The notes below the pieces were generated by a model that worked only from the letters and a program-made list of their open reading frames with translations, made no database searches and was not told where the DNA came from. Below, piece after piece: positions 1 to 12,007 of a stretch of 64,000 nt of DNA (positions are counted from its first letter, which is position 1; each line of letters begins with the position of its first letter). Source of the DNA: Thalassobaculaceae bacterium (GTDB lineage: Bacteria > Pseudomonadota > Alphaproteobacteria > Thalassobaculales > Thalassobaculaceae); contig OZ245843.1 in NCBI GenBank assembly GCA_965228875.1, forward strand, positions 974,616-1,038,615. Direction: 5' to 3'. A program made the position numbers and the translations under genes.

Positions 1-1
1 C

Positions 2-433
2 TCCGTGCTCGCCCAGCTCGGCTCGCCGGACATGCGGACGCCGATCGCCTACTGTCTTGCCTGGCCAGAAAGGATGGCCACGCCGGTCGAACGGCTCGAT
101 CTCGCCGCCATCGGCCAGCTCGGCTTCTTCGCCCCCGACGCGGAGCGGTTCCCGGCCCTCGATCTCGCGCGCGGGGCGTTGCGGGCCGGTGGCGACGCGG
201 CACCGGTGCTGAACGCCGCCAACGAGGCCGCCGTCGAGGCGTTTCTCGCCGGCCGGATCGGATTCACCGACATTGCCGCCGTGGTCGCCGAGACGCTGGA
301 CCGCTGCCCGACCGCCGCCCTGGTCGCCCTGGAGGACGTCTTCGAGGCCGATGGCCGGGGACGGCGGACGGCGGAGACGGTCATCGACGGGCTCGGCGGC
401 CCGTCCATTGCGCCGGCTCGGGCGGCGAACTAA
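2..433 (+). CDS. dxr: 1-deoxy-D-xylulose-5-phosphate reductoisomerase, C-terminal part (truncated by window edge)
   Basis: AQLGSPDMRTPIAY, FPAL and VLNAANEAAVEAFL motifs of the DXR C-terminus; lies upstream of rseP-bamA as usual. Confidence 0.95.
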   Translation, partial: SVLAQLGSPDMRTPIAYCLAWPERMATPVERLDLAAIGQLGFFAPDAERFPALDLARGALRAGGDAAPVLNAANEAAVEAFLAGRIGFTDIAAVVAETLDRCPTAALVALEDVFEADGRGRRTAETVIDGLGGPSIAPARAAN

Positions 434-479
434 GTTCCCGGAACCGGGCGGGGGAACGCTTGGAGGACATAGACTTCGC

Positions 480-1607
480 ATGATCGACATTCTTGCCGAC
501 TACGCCTTGCCGTTTCTCGTCATTCTGACGGTCCTGGTCTTTGTGCACGAGTGGGGACACTACATCGTCGCCCGGCGCAATGGCGTGCGGGTCGAGGTCT
601 TCGCCATCGGTTTCGGGCCGGAGCTGTTCGGCTGGAACGCCCGCACCGGGACCCGCTGGAAGGTCTGCGCGATCCCGCTGGGCGGCTACGTCAAGATGTT
701 CGGCGATGCCGACCCCGCCAGTGCCGGTGCGGCCGACGACAGCGGGTTCACCGAGGCCGAGCGGCAGGAATCGTTCCACCACAAGAGCCTGGGGGCGCGG
801 GCGGCGATCGTTGCGGCGGGGCCGCTTGCCAACTTCCTGTTCGCCATCCTGGTTCTGACCGGGCTCTACATGATCGAGGGCCGCCCCTATGCGCCGGCGG
901 TCATCGACGCTGTCATGGAGCAGTCGGCGGCCGAGCGGGCCGGCCTGCAGATCGAGGATCGGATCACCCGCGCCGACGACCAGCAGATCGACCGGTTCTC
1001 GGATCTCAGCCGGATCGTCTTCGAGAGACCGGGCGAGCCGATCCTGCTTGAGGTCGAGCGCGACGGCGCGTTGCGGGAGATCACGGTGACGCCGGATCCC
1101 GTGACCGAAACCGACCGGTTCGGCAATGAAGTCACCTTCGGTCGCCTCGGCATCCAGTCAAACCGGATGACGGTCGAGCGTCTCGATCCGCTTAACGCGG
1201 TGATGGTGGCGACGGCGGAAACCGGGACCATCATTCAGCAGACCCTCGACGCCGTCGGCGAGATGCTGATCGGCGTACGCGGCACCGAGGAACTCGGCGG
1301 CCCGCTGCGGATCGCCGAGATGTCCGGGACCGTGGCTCAGAGCGGGCTGGTGATGACGCTGTGGTTCACCGCCGTCCTCTCGGTGAACCTGGGGCTCATC
1401 AACCTGTTTCCGGTGCCGATTCTGGACGGTGGCCATCTGATGTTCTACGCCCTGGAGGCGGTGCGCGGACGCCCGCTCGGCGAGAGGGCCCAGGAGTGGG
1501 CGTCGATCGCCGGCCTCAGCATGGTGGTCATGCTGATGCTGTTCGTGACGTGGAACGACCTGATGCGGTTCGACATCGTCGGCTACCTTGGCTCGCTGAT
1601 CGGTTAA
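480..1607 (+). CDS. rseP: RIP metalloprotease RseP
   Basis: HEWGH, GGYVKM, AAGPLAN, PDZ region and NLFPVPILDGGH; ATG at 480 follows GGAGGA. Confidence 0.95.
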   Translation: MIDILADYALPFLVILTVLVFVHEWGHYIVARRNGVRVEVFAIGFGPELFGWNARTGTRWKVCAIPLGGYVKMFGDADPASAGAADDSGFTEAERQESFHHKSLGARAAIVAAGPLANFLFAILVLTGLYMIEGRPYAPAVIDAVMEQSAAERAGLQIEDRITRADDQQIDRFSDLSRIVFERPGEPILLEVERDGALREITVTPDPVTETDRFGNEVTFGRLGIQSNRMTVERLDPLNAVMVATAETGTIIQQTLDAVGEMLIGVRGTEELGGPLRIAEMSGTVAQSGLVMTLWFTAVLSVNLGLINLFPVPILDGGHLMFYALEAVRGRPLGERAQEWASIAGLSMVVMLMLFVTWNDLMRFDIVGYLGSLIG

Positions 1608-1741
1608 CTGCCTCGACTATCTGCGGTTTCCCCGGCCCGATTGCGACGGTATAGTCGCCCGCCCGGGAAGCCTGCGGGGCGTATGTTCGTGGGGACCGGC
1701 GCTGGCCGGCGGGATGCTGACTTGACCACTGGGGACCGACC

Positions 1742-4021
1742 TTGCCCATACGATTGAACCGGTTGCTTCAGGTGGTCGCGCTGGCCATGGCTGTCGTCCT
1801 GCTGGCGCCCGACCGGGCGGCGGCGCAGTCTTTGGGGACTGTGACCGACATCGAGGTCCAGGGAACCCAGCGCATCGACCCGGCCACGGTGCGCTCCTAT
1901 CTGCTGGTTCAACCCGGAGACCGGTTCGATTCGGACCGGCTCGATCGCTCGCTCAAGGCGCTGTTCGCGACCGGCCTGTTCGCTGACGTGACCATGCGCC
2001 GGGATGGCGACGCCCTCGTCATCACCGTCGTCGAGAACCCGATCATCAACCGCATCGCCTTCGAGGGGAACAAGCGGATCGACGATGTCGAACTGGAGCG
2101 CGAGATCCAGCTCCGGCCGCGCCTAGTCTACACGCGAACCCGCGTCCAGCAGGACGTGCAGCGCATCATCGAGATCTACCAGCGCTCGGGCCGCTACGCC
2201 GTCACGGTCGAGCCGAAGGTGATCCGGCAGGATCAGAACCGGGTCGATCTCGTGTTCGAGATCGACGAGGGCGAACTTACCCCGGTCCGGACCATCACGT
2301 TCCTCGGCAACCGGGATTTCAGCGACTCCGACCTGCGCGGCGTCATCGAGACCAAGGAGTACGCGTTCTACCGGTTCCTGAGTTCCAGCGACACCTACGA
2401 CCCGGACCGGCTGAGCTTCGACCGCGAACTGCTGCGGCGGTACTATCTGGAAAACGGCTATGCCGATTTCCGTGTCCTGTCCGCCGTCGCCGAACTGGCT
2501 CCCGACCGCGAGTCCTTCGTCATCACCTTCACGGTGGAGGAGGGCGAGGTCTATACCTTCGGGCCGAGCGACTTTGAGATCTCCCTGCCGCGGGTCGAAC
2601 CGGACAACCTGCGCGAGTTCGTTCGTTCCGAAGAGGGCGAGGATTACGATTCGACCCTGGTCGACGACACCGTCGACGCGATCACCGACTATCTCGGCAC
2701 GCTCGGCTACGCGTTCGTCGATGTGCGCCCGCGGGTCAACCGCGACCCCGAGAACCGCACGATCTCGATCACCTATCAGATCGGCGAGGCGAGCAAGGTC
2801 TTCGTCGAGCGGATCGACATCATCGGCAACGTCAGGACCCTCGACCGAGTCATCCGTCGTGAGATGAGCCTGGTGGAGGGCGACGCGTTCAACACGGCCA
2901 AGCTGCGCCGTTCCGAGCGCCGGGTGCGCAATCTCGGTTTCTTCCAGGGCGTGGACGTCAAGAACACCGAGGGCAGCGCGCCGGACCGCACGGTGGTCGA
3001 GGTCGAAGTCGAGGAACAGTCGACCGGAGAGATCTCCTTCGGTATCGGGTTCTCGACGGCGGAGTCGATCATCGGCGATATCGGTATCCGCGAACGCAAC
3101 CTGCTGGGACGCGGTCAGGATCTGCGCTTCGGCGTCACCGCGTCGGGCCGGTCCACGGAATTCGACATCGCGTTCACCGAGCCGTACTTCCTCGACCGCG
3201 ATGTGGCGGCCGGCTTCGACCTGTTCCGGATCGAGCGCGAGCTCAGCGAGAGCTCGTTCGACGAACTGCGGTTCGGTGGCGTCCTGCGCGCTTCCTATAC
3301 GCTGCAGCCAGACCTGACGCAGTCTGTGAACTATCGGATCGAACAGACTGAAATTAAAGACGTTGATGACGATGCGTCTCGGTTCATCCGCGACCAGGAG
3401 GGGACCCGTGTCGTCTCGCAGTTCGGCCAGACGCTGACCTACGACAAGCGCGACAACCGCACCGACCCACGCGACGGCTATATCGCCCAGCTGACGACGG
3501 AGATCGCCGGCGCCGGCGGAGACGAGCGGTTCTTCCGGACCCGGGTGCGGACCGGTTACTACTACCCGTTCGACGACACCTGGGGGCTCTCGTTCCTGGC
3601 GCAGGGCGGGTTCATCGTCGGCCTTGGCCAGGATGTGTCGATCGCCGAGCGCTTCTTCATCGGCGGCAGTTCCTTCCGCGGCTTCGAGCGTGGCGGGGTC
3701 GGCCCCCGCGACACGAGCACCGACGATGCCCTCGGGGCGAACAGCTACTATGTCGGTACGGTCGAGTTGGCCTTCCCGTCCGGCCTGCCCGAGGATCTCG
3801 GGGTGAGAACCTTCCTGTTCACGGATGTCGGCAGCGTGTTCGGTATCGACGAGAGCGGCAGCGAGGTCGCGGACGAGTCCTCCCTTCGGGCGGCGATCGG
3901 TGTCGGTATGTCGTTCTCGACCGCCTTCGGCACGATCCGGGTCGACGCGGCCGAGGCGGTGGCGAAGGAGGATTTCGACGTGCCGGAAGTTTTCCGTCTG
4001 AGCTTCGGCACACGGTTCTGA
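1742..4021 (+). CDS. bamA: Outer membrane protein assembly factor BamA
   Basis: Signal peptide, POTRA repeats, FRGF loop motif, C-terminal SFGTRF; synteny. Confidence 0.97.
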   Translation: MPIRLNRLLQVVALAMAVVLLAPDRAAAQSLGTVTDIEVQGTQRIDPATVRSYLLVQPGDRFDSDRLDRSLKALFATGLFADVTMRRDGDALVITVVENPIINRIAFEGNKRIDDVELEREIQLRPRLVYTRTRVQQDVQRIIEIYQRSGRYAVTVEPKVIRQDQNRVDLVFEIDEGELTPVRTITFLGNRDFSDSDLRGVIETKEYAFYRFLSSSDTYDPDRLSFDRELLRRYYLENGYADFRVLSAVAELAPDRESFVITFTVEEGEVYTFGPSDFEISLPRVEPDNLREFVRSEEGEDYDSTLVDDTVDAITDYLGTLGYAFVDVRPRVNRDPENRTISITYQIGEASKVFVERIDIIGNVRTLDRVIRREMSLVEGDAFNTAKLRRSERRVRNLGFFQGVDVKNTEGSAPDRTVVEVEVEEQSTGEISFGIGFSTAESIIGDIGIRERNLLGRGQDLRFGVTASGRSTEFDIAFTEPYFLDRDVAAGFDLFRIERELSESSFDELRFGGVLRASYTLQPDLTQSVNYRIEQTEIKDVDDDASRFIRDQEGTRVVSQFGQTLTYDKRDNRTDPRDGYIAQLTTEIAGAGGDERFFRTRVRTGYYYPFDDTWGLSFLAQGGFIVGLGQDVSIAERFFIGGSSFRGFERGGVGPRDTSTDDALGANSYYVGTVELAFPSGLPEDLGVRTFLFTDVGSVFGIDESGSEVADESSLRAAIGVGMSFSTAFGTIRVDAAEAVAKEDFDVPEVFRLSFGTRF

Positions 4022-4040
4022 CCGTGCCGGGAGAGACAGC

Positions 4041-4610
4041 ATGATGGCCCGGTTGCTGCGACGCGCGGCACTGGCCGTCCTGATCGCGGCGGCGGCGCTG
4101 TCGGCCACCCCCGCAACGCCGCGGGCTCAGGATGCGTCGTCGGGAATCGCGGTCGTCGATGTCCAGGGAGTGCTGCGGTCCTCCGATGCCGCCAAGGAAG
4201 TGCAGGCGAAGATCGCCGAACGGCGCCAGGCCTATCAGCGCCAGGTAACCGAGGAGGAGAAGGCGCTGCGGGCCAGCGAGCAGGATCTGCAGCAGCAGCG
4301 CGCCATCCTGGCGCCGGACACCTATCAGCAGCGGCTGCGGGCGTTCCGCGATCGAGTGGCGGAGGTTCAGAAGTCAGTCCAGGAACGCCGCCGGGCGCTG
4401 GACCAGGCCTTCACCAACTCGATGAATCAGGTCCGCAACGTCCTGGTGTCGGCCATCGCCGAGATCGCCGACGAGCGGGGCGCGAAGGTGGTGCTCTTCA
4501 AGGATCACATCGTGATCGCGGAGAAGTCGCTCGACATCAGCGACGAGGCCCTGCGTCGGCTGAACGAGCGCCTGCCGTCGGTGCCCGTCGACCTGCCGCC
4601 GCTCGAGTAG
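4041..4610 (+). CDS. skp: OmpH/Skp family periplasmic chaperone
   Basis: Signal peptide, IAVVDVQ, long coiled coil, DISDE near the end; lies between bamA and lpxD. Confidence 0.88.
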   Translation: MMARLLRRAALAVLIAAAALSATPATPRAQDASSGIAVVDVQGVLRSSDAAKEVQAKIAERRQAYQRQVTEEEKALRASEQDLQQQRAILAPDTYQQRLRAFRDRVAEVQKSVQERRRALDQAFTNSMNQVRNVLVSAIAEIADERGAKVVLFKDHIVIAEKSLDISDEALRRLNERLPSVPVDLPPLE

Positions 4611-4655
4611 CGGTTCCGGGCCAGGCAAACGCAGGGACGAGGAGGGACGAAGGTC

Positions 4656-5699
4656 ATGGTCGACAGCCGCTTTCACGGGCAGGCGGGTCCGTTCACCCTC
4701 GGCGAGATCGCCGAGATGACCGGGGCCGATCTCATGGGCGAGGCCGATCCCGACCGCGTCTTCCGCGATGTGGGAACCCTGGACGCCGGCGGCCCCGACG
4801 AGGTCGCCTTCCTGGAAAACCGCCGCTATGTCGGCGAGTTCCGCTCCTCGGGCGCCGGCGCCTGCCTCGTCGATGCCGCGCTCGCCGAGCAGGCCCCGGA
4901 GGGGATGGCCCTCCTGGTCACCGCACGGCCGCGCCGGAACTTCGCGAGGCTCTCGCGGCTGTTCCATCCGGAACCGCCGGTTCCGGCGGGTGTCCATGCT
5001 TCTGCGGTGGTCGACCCCTCCGCCAGCCTTGCCGCGGGCGTATCGGTCTCGGCCGGTGCGGTGATCGGCGCCGGTGCGGTGATCGCCGAGGGCGCATGGA
5101 TCGAGGCCAACGCGGTGATCGGCGACTCCGTCGAGATCGGAGCGGGCACGCGGGTCGGCGCGGGGGCCACGGTCTCGCACGCGCTGGTCGGAGCGCGCTG
5201 CTACATCTATCCCGGCGCTCGGATCGGACAGCCCGGATTCGGCTTCGAGATGGACGCCGACGGCCCGTTCCTGGTGCCCCAACTCGGACGTGTGGTGATC
5301 GAGGACGACGTCGAAGTCGGGGCCAACACGACCATCGACCGTGGCAGCAATGCCGACACCGTCATCGGCCGGGGGTCGATGATTGATAATCTCGTGCAGA
5401 TCGGTCACAACGTCGTCCTCGGGCGCGGTTGCATCATCGTCTCCCAGGTCGGCATCTCCGGCAGCACCCGGTTGGGTGACCGGGTTGTTCTCGCCGGCCA
5501 GGTCGGCGTCGCCGGACACATCGAGATCGGCGACGACGTCCAGGTCGCGGCGATGTCGGGGGTGAACCGCAGTCTGCCGGGAGGCGCCGCCTATGGCGGC
5601 GCGCCGGCGATCCCGGTGCGCGAATGGCGCCGCCAGATCGCCGCATGGAAGAAGCTGGGCCAGGCGAAGCCGGGCCGGGACCCGAAGGATCAGGGCTAA
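4656..5699 (+). CDS. lpxD: UDP-3-O-acylglucosamine N-acyltransferase
   Basis: Hexapeptide repeats, [18 protein letters not shown]. Confidence 0.96.
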   Translation: MVDSRFHGQAGPFTLGEIAEMTGADLMGEADPDRVFRDVGTLDAGGPDEVAFLENRRYVGEFRSSGAGACLVDAALAEQAPEGMALLVTARPRRNFARLSRLFHPEPPVPAGVHASAVVDPSASLAAGVSVSAGAVIGAGAVIAEGAWIEANAVIGDSVEIGAGTRVGAGATVSHALVGARCYIYPGARIGQPGFGFEMDADGPFLVPQLGRVVIEDDVEVGANTTIDRGSNADTVIGRGSMIDNLVQIGHNVVLGRGCIIVSQVGISGSTRLGDRVVLAGQVGVAGHIEIGDDVQVAAMSGVNRSLPGGAAYGGAPAIPVREWRRQIAAWKKLGQAKPGRDPKDQG

Positions 5700-5712
5700 G
5701 GCGGGACAGACC

Positions 5713-6186
5713 ATGAGTGAAGCGGTGAGTGAGCCGGTGGGCGGTTACCCGGATATCGACGTGCTGCGGGTCATGGACCTCATCCCGCACCGCTATCCGT
5801 TCCTGCTGGTCGACAAGGTGGTGCAGATCGAGCCGAACGTGAGTTGCGTCGGCATCAAGAACGTCTCCATCAACGAGCCGTTCTTCGCCGGTCACTTCCC
5901 CCAGCGTCCGGTGATGCCCGGTGTGCTGATCGTCGAGTCCATGGCCCAGACCGCCGGGTGCCTCGTCGTCGCCACCCTTGGGCCGGAATCGGAAGGCAAG
6001 CTGGTCTATTTCATGACCGTCGAGAATGCCCGGTTCCGCCGGCCCGTGGTGCCCGGCGACCGCATGGAGGTTCACGTCAAGAAGCTCCGCAACCGCGGCA
6101 ACGTGTGGAAGTTCGAAGGACAGGCCAAGGTCGACGGGACCCTGGTCGCGGAGGCGACCTATTCCGCGATGATCCTGGACAATTGA
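5713..6186 (+). CDS. fabZ: 3-hydroxyacyl-ACP dehydratase FabZ
   Basis: [11 protein letters not shown] and [20 protein letters not shown]. Confidence 0.97.
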   Translation: MSEAVSEPVGGYPDIDVLRVMDLIPHRYPFLLVDKVVQIEPNVSCVGIKNVSINEPFFAGHFPQRPVMPGVLIVESMAQTAGCLVVATLGPESEGKLVYFMTVENARFRRPVVPGDRMEVHVKKLRNRGNVWKFEGQAKVDGTLVAEATYSAMILDN

Positions 6187-6190
6187 GGAG

Positions 6191-7000
6191 GTGGCCGTGG
6201 CCACGGAGATCCACCCGACGGCGGTGGTCGAGCCCGGCGCGCGCCTGGGCGAGGGCGTCCGGGTCGGGCCCTTTGCGCTTGTCGGCCCCGAGGTGTCGGT
6301 CGGCGACGGCTGCGTCCTGCACGGCCATGTGGTCGTCGGCGGGCGCACGACGATCGGTCCCGGTACCGAGATTTTCCCCTTTGCCAGCATCGGCCTGCGC
6401 CCGCAGGACCTGAAGTACAAGGGCGAGCCGTCGACGCTGGAGATCGGCGCCAACAACGTCATCCGCGAGCACGTGACCATGAACCCCGGCACCGATGGCG
6501 GCGGCATGGTCACCCGCGTCGGCGACGGCTGTCTCTTCATGGTCGGCGCCCACGTGGCCCATGACTGCCGCGTCGGCAGCCAGGTGATCATGGCGAACAA
6601 CGCCACGCTGGCCGGCCACGTTGTGGTTCAGGACTTCGCCATCCTCGGGGGCCTGTCGGCGGTCCACCAGTTCGTGCGGATCGGCCGCTACGCCATGGTC
6701 GGCGGGATGACCGGCGTCGAGCGCGACGTTATTCCCTTCGGATCGGTCATGGGCGATCGCGCGCGGCTCTCCGGGATCAACATCGTCGGCATGAAGCGGC
6801 GCGGGCTGTCGCGCGACGAGATCCACGAGGTGCGCAAGGCGTATCGTCTTCTGTTCGCCAGCGAAGGTACCTTCCAGGAGCGCCTGGACGAGGTGGCGGG
6901 CGAGTTCACCGCCTCCGCGCCGGTGATGGAGATCGTCGACTTCATCCGCGCCGACTCCTCGCGCAAGATCTGTCAGCCGGACGACGCCAACGACCTCTGA
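6191..7000 (+). CDS. lpxA: UDP-N-acetylglucosamine O-acyltransferase
   Basis: IHPTA, PQDLKY, HVAHDC, LAGHV, VHQF motifs; GTG start at 6191 or 6197. Confidence 0.97.
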   Translation: MAVATEIHPTAVVEPGARLGEGVRVGPFALVGPEVSVGDGCVLHGHVVVGGRTTIGPGTEIFPFASIGLRPQDLKYKGEPSTLEIGANNVIREHVTMNPGTDGGGMVTRVGDGCLFMVGAHVAHDCRVGSQVIMANNATLAGHVVVQDFAILGGLSAVHQFVRIGRYAMVGGMTGVERDVIPFGSVMGDRARLSGINIVGMKRRGLSRDEIHEVRKAYRLLFASEGTFQERLDEVAGEFTASAPVMEIVDFIRADSSRKICQPDDANDL

Positions 7001-7007
7001 GGATCCG

Positions 7008-7850
7008 ATGGCCGGACATCCCAAGGGCGGGCTCGGAATTCTGGCGGGCGGCGGGCCGCTTCCGCGTCGCATCGCCGAGACCGCCGTCGCCGAGGGCCGA
7101 CCGGTCTTCGTCATCGCCTTCGAGGGCCAGACCGATCCGACGACCGTGGACGGGCTGCCACATGCCTGGATGCGTCTCGGCGCCACCGCCAAGACCCTGG
7201 AGGCGCTGCACGCCGCCGGCTGCGCGGAGGTGGTCATGGCGGGACCGATGAAACGGCCGGCCCTGTCGTCTCTGAGCCTCGACCTGCGCTCGACCGCTGC
7301 GATCGCCCGTGCCAGTACCCGGGTGTTCGGCGATGACGGGCTGCTGTCGCTGATCGTCGAGGAAATGGAGCGCGACGGCTTTTCCGTCGTCGGTATCGAG
7401 GACATCGTGGGCGGCTATCTTGTCCCGTCCGGCGATCTCGCGAGACAGTCGCCCGATCCGCAGGCTCTGACGGACGCGCGACGCGGGATCCTGGTGCTCG
7501 CCGCGATGTCCGAGGCCGATATCGGTCAGGCGGCAGCGGTGCAGGAGGGCCTCGTGCTCGCGGTCGAGGCGGTCGAGGGGACCGATGCCATGATCGCCCG
7601 GGCGGGGACACTGAAGCGATCCGGGGCGCCTCCGGTGCTGGTCAAGGGCCGCAAGAGGGGGCAGAGCGGGCGCGCCGACCGTCCGACCGTCGGTGCGGCT
7701 ACCGTCGCCGCCGCGGCCGCCGCCGGCTTCGGCGGCATCGTGGTGGAGGCCGAAGAGACGCTGCTGATCGACCGCGGCGCCACGGTCGCGGCCGCGGACG
7801 CCGCCGGCCTGTTTCTCCATGCCATGGCTTTCGACGGAGACGGTACCTGA
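7008..7850 (+). CDS. lpxI: UDP-2,3-diacylglucosamine diphosphatase LpxI (DUF1009)
   Basis: GILAGGGPLP, DIGQA, AVEAVEGTD, PTVG; position between lpxA and lpxB. Confidence 0.9.
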   Translation: MAGHPKGGLGILAGGGPLPRRIAETAVAEGRPVFVIAFEGQTDPTTVDGLPHAWMRLGATAKTLEALHAAGCAEVVMAGPMKRPALSSLSLDLRSTAAIARASTRVFGDDGLLSLIVEEMERDGFSVVGIEDIVGGYLVPSGDLARQSPDPQALTDARRGILVLAAMSEADIGQAAAVQEGLVLAVEAVEGTDAMIARAGTLKRSGAPPVLVKGRKRGQSGRADRPTVGAATVAAAAAAGFGGIVVEAEETLLIDRGATVAAADAAGLFLHAMAFDGDGT

Positions 7851-9028
7851 TGGCCGAGCCGGACGCGCCGCTGATCTACATCATCGCCGGGGAGGCGTCG
7901 GGCGACACCCTGGGCGCGGGCCTGATCCGCGCGTTGCGCGCGGAGACCGCCGGTCGGATCGCCGTCGCCGGCGTGGGCGGCGAGCGGATGGCGGCGGAAG
8001 GCCTGGAGAGCCTGTTTCCCATCAGCGACATGGCCGTCATGGGGATCTTCGAGATCCTGCCGAAGGCGCCGAAGCTGTTCGGTCGGATCCGCGAGACCGT
8101 GGCGGACATTCGGGCGCGCCGACCGGCTGCCGTCGTCACCATCGACAGCAAGGCGTTCACGATGCGGGTGAACAGACGCCTGCACACGCTGCGCTCCAAG
8201 ACCGGCGAGGGGCCGAAGCTGATCCACTGGGTACCGCCCACCGTCTGGGCGTGGCGACCGGGGCGCGCCAAGGTGATCGCCGGGTTCCTCGACCATCTGC
8301 TCGCTCTCTATCCCTTCGAGCCGCCGTACTTCGAGGCGCACGGCCTGGCCACGACCTTCGTCGGCCATCCCGCGGCGGTAACGGCGCCGGGCGACGGCGC
8401 GCGTTTCAAGGGCCGATACGGCCTGGCGCCGGGCGCGCCGGTCCTCGGCGTCTTCCCCGGCAGCAGGCCGGGCGAGGTCAAGCGCCTGATGCCCGTGTTC
8501 TCCGAGGTCGTCGACCGGCTCGCCGCCCGCTATCAGGGGCTGCGGGTGGTGCTGCCGACGGTCCCGGTTGTCGCCGACGCCGTGCGGGCGGGCAGCGCGG
8601 GCTGGCGGGTACCGGTCAGCGTCGTCACCGACCACAGGCACAAGGCCGATGCCTTCGCCGCCTGTACAGTCGCCCTGGCCGCGTCGGGAACGGTGACGCT
8701 GGAACTCACCCTGGCTGGAATTCCGACGGTGGTGGCCTACCGGGTCAACGCCCTGTCGGCGGCGATCGCCCGGCGTCTGGTCGATCCCGACGCCGTCGTC
8801 CTGACCAACAAGCTGCTGGACAGACGGGTCATCCCGCAGTTCCTCCAGGAGGAATGCACCGCCGATCGGCTGACCGTGGCGATTGAGCGGCTGTTCGACG
8901 ACCCGCGCGCCCGTGCCGAACAGGGGGCCGCAAGCGAGTCGATCCGCGGCATGCTCACCGTGGGCGGCGAGGACCCGTCGGTCCGAGCGGCGAAGGCGGT
9001 GCTGCAGGCGATTGCCGGCGCGTCGTAA
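7850..9028 (+). CDS. lpxB: Lipid-A-disaccharide synthase
   Basis: AGEASGD, PTVWAWR, PFE, FVGHP, PGSR, ASGTVTLE. Confidence 0.96.
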   Translation: MAEPDAPLIYIIAGEASGDTLGAGLIRALRAETAGRIAVAGVGGERMAAEGLESLFPISDMAVMGIFEILPKAPKLFGRIRETVADIRARRPAAVVTIDSKAFTMRVNRRLHTLRSKTGEGPKLIHWVPPTVWAWRPGRAKVIAGFLDHLLALYPFEPPYFEAHGLATTFVGHPAAVTAPGDGARFKGRYGLAPGAPVLGVFPGSRPGEVKRLMPVFSEVVDRLAARYQGLRVVLPTVPVVADAVRAGSAGWRVPVSVVTDHRHKADAFAACTVALAASGTVTLELTLAGIPTVVAYRVNALSAAIARRLVDPDAVVLTNKLLDRRVIPQFLQEECTADRLTVAIERLFDDPRARAEQGAASESIRGMLTVGGEDPSVRAAKAVLQAIAGAS

Positions 9029-9045
9029 TCTCCGCCGGACACCGC

Positions 9046-9078
9046 AAAGAGAAAGGGCGGCCCGTGAAGGCCGCCCCT
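9046..9078 (-). terminator. Probable intrinsic terminator downstream of gltA
   Basis: GGGCGGCC-N6-GGCCGCCC stem followed on the minus strand by TTTCTCTTT; lies between convergent lpxB and gltA. Confidence 0.75.
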
Positions 9079-9093
9079 GTCGTTCGGTTGCGC

Positions 9094-9169
9094 TGAACCG
9101 TGCTCTAAGCCGTTAAAGATAGAGCAACTTCACAAGATCAGATGTCTCCATCTGATCGTGGTTGGCTCT
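9094..9169. repeat. Partial copy of a CIR/RIME-like palindromic intergenic repeat
   Basis: CTCTAAG..TTA.AGA..GA.CA..TTCAC plus hairpin GATCAGATG-TCTC-CATCTGATC; aligns with 54248-54322. Confidence 0.75.
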
Positions 9170-9174
9170 CGAGA

Positions 9175-10479
<1,305 letters not shown>

Positions 10480-10558
10480 GGTCTGGTCCCCTGTTACGGA
10501 GCCGCGCAATCCCCGGTCAGACCGGGGGAGCCGCGCGGCGGCGGGCGGATATTATCCG

Positions 10559-11971
10559 CTAGTGTGCAGTGCCGCAAATGGCGTCGATGCGCCGCAGCGA
10601 CTCGTCCTGTCCGAGGATCGCCAGCACCTCGAAGATCCCTGGCGATGTCGTCGATCCTGTGAGGGCCGCACGTAGGGGTTGCGCGGCCTTTCCGAGCTTC
10701 AGATCCTGAGCCTCGGCGAAAGCGCGCACCGCATCCTCGACGTCCCCCTCGGTGAAAGAATTAAGCTCCCGGAGCCTTTCCGCAAGCCCTGACAGCACCT
10801 CCAGGCCTCCGGCGTCGAGCAGTTTGGCGGCCTTGTCGTCGATGGCGAGAGGGACTTTCGCCGCATAGAAGCGGGCATTGCCCGCCAATTCGACAATGGT
10901 CTTGGCGCGCGCTTTCAGTCCTGCCATGCCGGCACGAATACGCGACCGGCCGGTCTCGTCGATCTCCAGTTCCGGCGTGTCGGCGGTCAGCCGCTCCAGC
11001 ACCAGGGCGGTCAGGCGCTCGTCGTCGGCCTCGCGGATGTAGTGACCGTTGAGGTTCTCGAGTTTGGCGAAGTCGAAACGGGAGGCGGATCGCCCCACGC
11101 CGCCCAGGTCGAACAGCTCGACCGCCCGGTCGCGAGGGACGATCTCCTCATCGCCGTGGGCCCATCCCAGGCGCAGCAGGTAGTTGTTCACCGCCTCCGG
11201 CAGGTAGCCCATGTCGCGGTAGGCATCGACCCCCAGCGCGCCGTGGCGCTTGGAGAGCTTGGCGCCGTCCGGGCCGTGGATCAGCGGGATGTGGGCGAAC
11301 ACGGGAACGTCCCATCCCATGGCCCGATAGATCACCGCCTGACGGAACGCGTTGTTCAGATGGTCGTCGCCGCGGATGACATGGGTGACGCCCATGTCGT
11401 GATCGTCGACCACCACGGAGAGCATATAGGTGGGCGTTCCGTCCGCGCGCAGGATGATCATGTCGTCGAGCTGGCCGTTCGGGACCGTGACCGCCCCCTG
11501 CACGCCGTCCTCGATCGTGGTCTCCCCCTCCTGCGGCGCCTTGATCCGGATGACGGGATCGACGCCCGCGGGGGCCTCGGACGGATCGCGGTCGCGCCAT
11601 GTGCCGTCGTAGCGCGGTTGGCGTCCTTCGGCGCGCGCGGTCTCGCGCATCTGCGCAAGCTCCTCCGGCGAGCAGTAGCATCGGTAGGCCTGGCCGGTCT
11701 CGAGCAGCCGGTTGGCGACCTCGGTGTGGCGCTCGATGCGGGAAAGCTGGAACACCGGCTCCTCGTCGCCGTCGAGCCCGAGCCAGGCGAGCCCGTCAAG
11801 AATCGCCTCCACCGCTTCCGGCGTGGAGCGTTTGCGGTCTGTGTCTTCGATACGCAACAGGTAGCGCCCGCCGTGGTGGCGCGCGAAGAGCCAGTTGAAC
11901 AGGGCCGTGCGCGCACCGCCGATGTGCAGGAAACCGGTGGGCGACGGGGCAAAGCGGGTGACGACCGACAT
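10559..11971 (-). CDS. gltX: Glutamate--tRNA ligase
   Basis: [14 protein letters not shown] (HIGH) and KLSKR (KMSKS) motifs; start MSVVTRF at 11971. Confidence 0.97.
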   Translation of the reverse strand: MSVVTRFAPSPTGFLHIGGARTALFNWLFARHHGGRYLLRIEDTDRKRSTPEAVEAILDGLAWLGLDGDEEPVFQLSRIERHTEVANRLLETGQAYRCYCSPEELAQMRETARAEGRQPRYDGTWRDRDPSEAPAGVDPVIRIKAPQEGETTIEDGVQGAVTVPNGQLDDMIILRADGTPTYMLSVVVDDHDMGVTHVIRGDDHLNNAFRQAVIYRAMGWDVPVFAHIPLIHGPDGAKLSKRHGALGVDAYRDMGYLPEAVNNYLLRLGWAHGDEEIVPRDRAVELFDLGGVGRSASRFDFAKLENLNGHYIREADDERLTALVLERLTADTPELEIDETGRSRIRAGMAGLKARAKTIVELAGNARFYAAKVPLAIDDKAAKLLDAGGLEVLSGLAERLRELNSFTEGDVEDAVRAFAEAQDLKLGKAAQPLRAALTGSTTSPGIFEVLAILGQDESLRRIDAICGTAH

Positions 11972-12007
11972 GGAAACCCTCTCACATGCGCATGCTGTAC
12001 AAATGGA

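Noticed and set aside
2123..4108. 661-aa ORF opposite bamA, and similar long antisense ORFs (22037-24748, 34794-36458, 41300-43516, 59306-61036, 61642-63588)
   Set aside because: Expected stop-poor antisense frames in a high-GC genome; they overlap well-supported genes and have no motifs
11042..12007. Long N-terminal extension of the ComEC ORF
   Set aside because: Antisense shadow of gltX
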